DNA of 51,280 nucleotides from a virus (Duplodnaviria; Caudoviricetes): IMG/VR virus record IMGVR_UViG_3300037155_000067, positions 1 to 51,280 of that record; one strand, 5' to 3'. Shown piece by piece: positions 46,764 to 51,280 of this stretch (position 1 is its first letter; each line of letters starts with the position of its first letter). The notes under the pieces were generated by a model. It saw only the letters and a program-made list of their open reading frames with translations, ran no database searches and was not told where the DNA came from. The position numbers and the translations under genes were made by a program.

Positions 46764-47372
46764 ATGTTTCGGTTATTCGTCTTGCTCGGGATCGTGGCGA
46801 TTCAGACGACCGTTCTTGCTCAGGTGAGCAGCGGCGGCAACACTGCCGCGAATCCATCTTCTTGGACGATTGACAGCCTGAAGTCGCATTACGACCAATT
46901 ATTGCTGAAAGACGCTGAGATTCTGGCGCTCCACAAAGAGATATCGGCCCTGAACGACAAGCACGCCGCAGAACTCAGGGCAGCAGCCGACGTTCGATAT
47001 GATCAACGGTTCAACGCTCAGGAAGCGGCCAGCACGTACACGCGCACGATTCAGAACGAGTTTCGAGCTTCGTTGAACGATCTTTCCAACACAAAAGTTC
47101 CGCGAACGGAATTCGATGCAGCACTGAAAGCCATCTCTGGGCAGATTGACGGGATTGGGAAAGTCAGTTCAGAAAAGCTCGATGCAGTTTTGAAAAATAA
47201 CACAGCGGCGTTTACCGACATTCAGCATCGTCTCGATCTTAAAGAAGGAAGTTCACAGGGGTCAAACGCACTTGTTGGTAATACATCAACATTACTTGTC
47301 GCTATTTCAGCAGTCATCGGTTGCATTTTCCTTTTCGTAACTCGAAACAGGAAGCAGACGACAGGGAGATAA
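46764..47372 (+). CDS. Membrane protein (signal peptide, coiled coil, C-terminal TM)
   Basis: Hydrophobic ends flank a helical region; lysis-region position. Confidence 0.6.
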   Translation: MFRLFVLLGIVAIQTTVLAQVSSGGNTAANPSSWTIDSLKSHYDQLLLKDAEILALHKEISALNDKHAAELRAAADVRYDQRFNAQEAASTYTRTIQNEFRASLNDLSNTKVPRTEFDAALKAISGQIDGIGKVSSEKLDAVLKNNTAAFTDIQHRLDLKEGSSQGSNALVGNTSTLLVAISAVIGCIFLFVTRNRKQTTGR

Positions 47373-47396
47373 AACCGGTGTATATTGCCTCAACAA

Positions 47397-47549
47397 ATGA
47401 CCAATGGAGAGCAGCAATATTGGAATCACAGGTTTGAACGGATCGAGCATCTGCTCAAACAAATTCTCGCTGCCATCACGCATAAATCTCAGTCTAAACC
47501 ACGGTTCGACTTCGGTGTTGGGCCGGTAACAAACAAAGCTGAGAAATGA
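47397..47549 (+). CDS. Hypothetical protein (50 aa)
   Basis: MTNGEQQYWNHRFERIEHLL...; ATGA overlap with the HNH gene. Confidence 0.55.
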   Translation: MTNGEQQYWNHRFERIEHLLKQILAAITHKSQSKPRFDFGVGPVTNKAEK

Positions 47550-48175
47550 GATTTCAGGATTTAACTGGCCAGACATTCGGTCGCCTGCTCGTTTTATCAC
47601 TTGATAGTAAAACTCCGACGTACTGGAGTTGCATCTGCTCTTGTTCTCGAAAAATATCTGCGTGGGCAGGAAATCTGAAAAACGGAACGACGAAAAGCTG
47701 CGGGTGCTTAAACAGAGAATTGTCGTCTAAAAGCAGGTTCACTCACGGACATACACTTGGAGGAATGCACTCGAAAACGTATAGGTGCTGGGCAAACATG
47801 CGTCAGCGTTGCGAGAATTACAAAAACGGCTCTTTCATGGATTACGGACATCGAGGTATTTCAGTATGTGAACGCTGGAATTCTTTTGAGAATTTTTTGG
47901 AAGACATGGGAGAAAAGCCGGTCGGATTGACCATTGAACGCAAGGACAACAACGGAAATTACGATTCTAAGAATTGCATTTGGGCAACGCGAAAAGAGCA
48001 AACCCGAAATAGGCGAAATCGCCGCAGCTTGACCATCAATAATGAAACTCGCAGTGTTTCAGATTGGGCGAGCTTAAGCGGTATTCGTTATGGGACTATA
48101 ATTTACAGACTCAAAAAAGGATGGGATGCTAAACGCGCGGCATTTGATCCGTTATTGACAGCGCGTCACCAATAA
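47546..48175 (+). CDS. HNH-family homing endonuclease
   Basis: DLTGQTFGRL, W.C.CSC, KSCGC, M.QRC, YG.RGI.VCERW and IERKDNNGNY...NC.WAT..EQ.RNRR. Confidence 0.88.
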   Translation: MRFQDLTGQTFGRLLVLSLDSKTPTYWSCICSCSRKISAWAGNLKNGTTKSCGCLNRELSSKSRFTHGHTLGGMHSKTYRCWANMRQRCENYKNGSFMDYGHRGISVCERWNSFENFLEDMGEKPVGLTIERKDNNGNYDSKNCIWATRKEQTRNRRNRRSLTINNETRSVSDWASLSGIRYGTIIYRLKKGWDAKRAAFDPLLTARHQ

Positions 48176-48193
48176 AAATTAAGGAAATTCATC

Positions 48194-48523
48194 ATGCCAT
48201 TATCTATACAAATTAATAATCTGCAAAAAGTTAACGTCACCCTCACGCCGGTTGACAACGAAGTTCCGCCACAGCCCGCGCCCGTAGACGGCGTTCCGGT
48301 CTGGTCGGTCGTCAGCGGCGATTCGACCGTTGTACCGGCGGCCGACGGACTCTCCGCCGAACTCGTCAGCGGAACGGCCATCGCCGACACGGTGTTCAAC
48401 GTTTCGGCTGACGTTGATCCGGGTCCAGGCGTCCAGACGATTCAGGATCAGATCACGCTGACCGTCACGCATCCGTTCGCGACGAATCTCGGGCTCGCTG
48501 CTGGCGCGCCAGAGAACAAGTAA
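48194..48523 (+). CDS. Ig-like beta-sandwich protein
   Basis: VTLTPVD...VDGVPVWSV...ADGLSA. Confidence 0.6.
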   Translation: MPLSIQINNLQKVNVTLTPVDNEVPPQPAPVDGVPVWSVVSGDSTVVPAADGLSAELVSGTAIADTVFNVSADVDPGPGVQTIQDQITLTVTHPFATNLGLAAGAPENK

Positions 48524-48538
48524 TTGCCCATGCCCAAA

Positions 48539-48575
48539 GGCTGCGTCGGGGTGCCATCCTCACCTCGGCGCAGCC
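48539..48575 (+). terminator. 15-bp hairpin
   Basis: GGCTGCGTCGGGGTG/CACCTCGGCGCAGCC with two G-U pairs; weak U tract; TTGACA follows at 48601. Confidence 0.5.
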
Positions 48576-48637
48576 ATCTTGGCGTCAATTACGAATAATC
48601 TTGACATCTTCGCGCCGGTCTGATTTGCTGACCGACG

Positions 48638-48832
48638 TTGAACACGACTTGGCTCTACTCGATTCTTGCCGCTGCTATTATCGGAGCAGGCGGAATCATG
48701 GTCACGATCACGACCAGTTGGGTCAACGGCGTCAACGCTGATCGTGCCGTGGTTCACCAACTTCAGTGGAGGTCGCAATATCTTCACGGGAAAATTTCTG
48801 CCGCTCCAGTCAAGGAAGTCTCGAAACAATGA
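48638..48832 (+). CDS. Small membrane protein
   Basis: N-terminal TM WLYSILAAAIIGAGGIMV. Confidence 0.5.
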   Translation: MNTTWLYSILAAAIIGAGGIMVTITTSWVNGVNADRAVVHQLQWRSQYLHGKISAAPVKEVSKQ

Positions 48833-49029
48833 GAGAAGCGTTTCCAGGTCCGCTGAGCGAATATTCGAAAGACGGAATGAGTTTGCTGGAATGGTACGCA
48901 GGCATGGCATTAGTGGGACTTTTAGCTGGATGGCCGCAGGGAAATGCGGCCAATTCCGTTGAACTCTCGGAAGCATCTTTCAAATTTGCGGAAGAAATGA
49001 TGAAATCAGCAGAAGTAAGACGGACATGA
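48829..49029 (+). CDS. Phage small protein (GMxLR/L.YA..A family)
   Basis: AFP...GMSLLEWYAGMALVGLLA...A..M. Confidence 0.65.
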   Translation: MREAFPGPLSEYSKDGMSLLEWYAGMALVGLLAGWPQGNAANSVELSEASFKFAEEMMKSAEVRRT

Positions 49030-49673
49030 AGCAAATAATTACGGTTATCGGTATCGGAATTCTCCTTTCGTCATGCGTAAGCGCGCGAAAGACGTATCAG
49101 CCGCCCAGTAACGCAAAAGTCACCGCCTCGACGCAACGGGTCAAATCTGATATCACAACGGCACATCAGACGGCCCGTACAGCCAAAACGCACGTCACTG
49201 ACGCGCAAAAAAGCGCTGACAAAATCTCCGTGCTCTCCCTTACCGTTCAGCAAAAGCTCGACGTAATTATCAAAGCTGCGCCACCGGAACTCCAGTCGGC
49301 ACTCACGGCCGTCAAACTCGACGTAACGAATATGCAGACCGAGGAAGGCGTTCAGCACGGATCTCTGGCTAACGCGCAGAAAACCCAAGATTCGCTAGAA
49401 AAACAGTTGACCGATCTCGAGACGCACGAAACCGACTTGGAGGCCCAGCAAGCCGCGTATTACATGAATGCTCAGGGGCTTGCCGATTCGGCTACGAAGG
49501 AGCGCTCGAACCTAATTACCACGCAGAAAGAACTATTGGCATCCAGGTTTGGTGGGATCATAGCGAAAATACTCATCGTTTTAGCCGGTGTTGTTCTCGT
49601 TGGGCTGGCCGTCCTGTGGTTTCTTGGAAAAATCTCCATCGGAGCCGCCGGAGTAGCGTCTAAATTGCCTTGA
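49026..49673 (+). CDS. Putative unimolecular spanin
   Basis: Lipobox LSSC at Cys17, long coiled coil, C-terminal TM helix. Confidence 0.65.
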   Translation: MKQIITVIGIGILLSSCVSARKTYQPPSNAKVTASTQRVKSDITTAHQTARTAKTHVTDAQKSADKISVLSLTVQQKLDVIIKAAPPELQSALTAVKLDVTNMQTEEGVQHGSLANAQKTQDSLEKQLTDLETHETDLEAQQAAYYMNAQGLADSATKERSNLITTQKELLASRFGGIIAKILIVLAGVVLVGLAVLWFLGKISIGAAGVASKLP

Positions 49674-49846
49674 CACGCCAGAATTACGTACATAAATAAC
49701 TATAAAAATTAAGCAAAGAGGTCCGTGGCAGCCATTCGCCTATCTGTTTTTTCTCATAATCACGTACAGGATAGGGCAAGCGATATTTGGTTGGTAGGAG
49801 CTCAAATTACCTTGATAAAACGCCAAAAAGACGTACAGAAATAACC

Positions 49847-50068
49847 ATGGCCACATCAATTCCACCTGTCTCCGGGTTTCATAAAGTGCTCTTAAGCATC
49901 GAACATCTCGTCGGGTATCACCCGGACGACCCCAATTACGCGAAAGTCAAAGCCGAGATTGCCAAGATTCAAGGCGACCATCTGACCGCTCCCGAATCAC
50001 TCCAGCTTGACGCCACAATCAAGGCAATCGAGACCGCGCGCGCTACGCCGCCTGTCGCGCCTAAGTAA
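49847..50068 (+). CDS. Hypothetical protein
   Basis: ORF downstream of a putative TTGACA-N17-TAAATA promoter at 49670. Confidence 0.55.
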   Translation: MATSIPPVSGFHKVLLSIEHLVGYHPDDPNYAKVKAEIAKIQGDHLTAPESLQLDATIKAIETARATPPVAPK

Positions 50069-50075
50069 AAGTAGA

Positions 50076-50162
50076 GTGAATCCACTTGGCATCATCGTCA
50101 TCATTAGTGTGATGATAGTATTCCTAGTGGCTGTTGTGGTCATTTGCTGGAGGAGTGGATGA
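50076..50162 (+). CDS. 28-aa single-TM peptide
   Basis: NPLGIIVIISVMIVFLVAVVVICW; ATGA overlap with the holin. Confidence 0.45.
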   Translation: MNPLGIIVIISVMIVFLVAVVVICWRSG

Positions 50163-50545
50163 TCGAGCCCACGACCACTCCACCGGCCGCAAAGACCGAG
50201 CCAGTGCCGCCACTTACGGGATGGTCGGCCGTGTGGCGAGTTTTTTATAATTGGCGCGAGATCACGCTATTCTTGCCGCTATCTCTATTTTCCATTTGGG
50301 CCTTTGCTCAAGGTGCGTACTGGGCCAGTGGCCGGCGACCAACGGAAAATGTGGATTACGTGGTTGGCATGTCGATCAATCTGGTAAAACTCGTTTTTCT
50401 GATCGTTTTCCTTTCAATTTTGCGCGAATCAACTGGAATGTGGATGACCAAAGAGGAGAAATTGGAGAATCCGTCGATCGTTTGGGCACAGACAGTTGGA
50501 AGCAGTGTGGCCCTATGCGTTGCTGCCTGGGTTTTACAGCACTAA
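50159..50545 (+). CDS. Putative holin (about 3 TM)
   Basis: GGAGG SD; three hydrophobic segments; overlaps the endolysin start. Confidence 0.55.
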   Translation: MIEPTTTPPAAKTEPVPPLTGWSAVWRVFYNWREITLFLPLSLFSIWAFAQGAYWASGRRPTENVDYVVGMSINLVKLVFLIVFLSILRESTGMWMTKEEKLENPSIVWAQTVGSSVALCVAAWVLQH

Positions 50546-51280
50546 TCCTCGCGGCCTGCTCGCCGCCCGAGCCCATTCTGGCGCCATCTACGCCACACCA
50601 CGCGATCGAGGCCGATGTCGTCCCGTCAACTGAGCCCGATGTCGAGGTTATCCAGACGCCAACGCCCGCGCCAACGGTGCCCGAATCGGAAAAGCCCGTA
50701 ATCGCGCTGCCGACACCACCGGAAACGCTCACTTCGGCCGGATTTAAGCTCATCACGGATTTCGAAGGGTGGGCCGCGCGCGCAGAACTGCCAGATTTGC
50801 GCTACAGTGGAGTTTCCTGGGCCTGGGGCTACGACAGCCATCAGAACAGCCGGGTCAATATCCTGCTGGACTGGGCGGCACTTCCAGCGCCTCAACCGGT
50901 GCGTCTGGCCGCCACTCAGCCTTTTTTTGGTAGATCGGCCGTTCAACCGACAAAAGACGTTCACGACATCGTAATTCCTCATTTTGTCGGCGATGACGTT
51001 TTTATCCGGGTCGATATGGCCAGGACATTCGATCAGTGTCGGCGCGCGATGCCTGGGTTTGACGATCTTCGACCAAACGCGCAATCAGCCATTGCCAGCC
51101 TAATTTTCAACCGCGGACCCGGCATGTCGGGAGTTAATAGGACAGAAATGAGAGCGATTCGAGATGCCGTTCCGTCAAAGGATTACGAGGCCATCGCGAT
51201 GAATTTCAAGAAAATGGTGAGAATTTGGCGTGGAACGAGCATTGAATCCGGTATGACACGGCGCCGGCTTGCTGAGGCCG
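50515..51280 (+). CDS. Lipoprotein-anchored pesticin/T4-lysozyme-type endolysin (261 aa, stop at 145-147)
   Basis: MRCCLGFTALILAAC lipobox, Pro/Thr linker, ITDFEG, SGVSWAWGYD, SLIFNRG; absent from the ORF track because it crosses the junction. Confidence 0.8.
   Translation, partial: MRCCLGFTALILAACSPPEPILAPSTPHHAIEADVVPSTEPDVEVIQTPTPAPTVPESEKPVIALPTPPETLTSAGFKLITDFEGWAARAELPDLRYSGVSWAWGYDSHQNSRVNILLDWAALPAPQPVRLAATQPFFGRSAVQPTKDVHDIVIPHFVGDDVFIRVDMARTFDQCRRAMPGFDDLRPNAQSAIASLIFNRGPGMSGVNRTEMRAIRDAVPSKDYEAIAMNFKKMVRIWRGTSIESGMTRRRLAEA
51154..51280. repeat. Terminal direct repeat, copy 2
   Basis: Identical to 1-127. Confidence 0.95.

Noticed and set aside
49676-49846. ncRNA in the AT-rich gap of the lysis region
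   Set aside because: Only one imperfect hairpin (GCCTTATCTGT/ACAGGATAGGGC); insufficient support

Overview
This window is an apparently complete, circularly assembled dsDNA tailed-phage genome of about 51,153 bp. Bases 1-127 repeat exactly at 51154-51280, most likely as an assembly overlap. The gene content is podovirus-like, with no tape measure or sheath but with ejection-type proteins. The host is probably Gram-negative (lipobox spanin and endolysin); a Verrucomicrobia/PVC-type host is only my impression and is unverified. Modules in order: a lone minus-strand terminase large subunit; a GT2/Rieske/methyltransferase/GH130-like module; a tail and ejection block containing a PurD-like ATP-grasp ligase and an HExxE protein; RecT/RecE recombination and a replication initiator with 10-bp iterons; a c4-like structured RNA; a putative TerS with a pac-like region; a PAPS-reductase-family gene; GroES, portal, scaffold and MCP; Gly-X-Thr collagen-like fibres, a beta-helix spike and a GT4; and a lysis cassette. 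There are three intact HNH endonucleases and one remnant. I found no integrase, DNA polymerase, tRNA or CRISPR array. The most interesting candidates are: (1) an in-frame split ejection protein whose halves each have a single Cys, both at the junction, within a wider pattern of terminal cysteines in virion proteins; (2) an ATP-grasp/HExxE writer-eraser-like pair coupled to those genes; (3) a possible phage-encoded glycosylation system for Thr-rich collagen fibres; (4) an MCP with a signal-like N-terminus behind a structured leader RNA; (5) a lipoprotein-anchored pesticin-type endolysin and a coiled-coil u-spanin. All product calls come from motif recognition by eye; no database searches were run.
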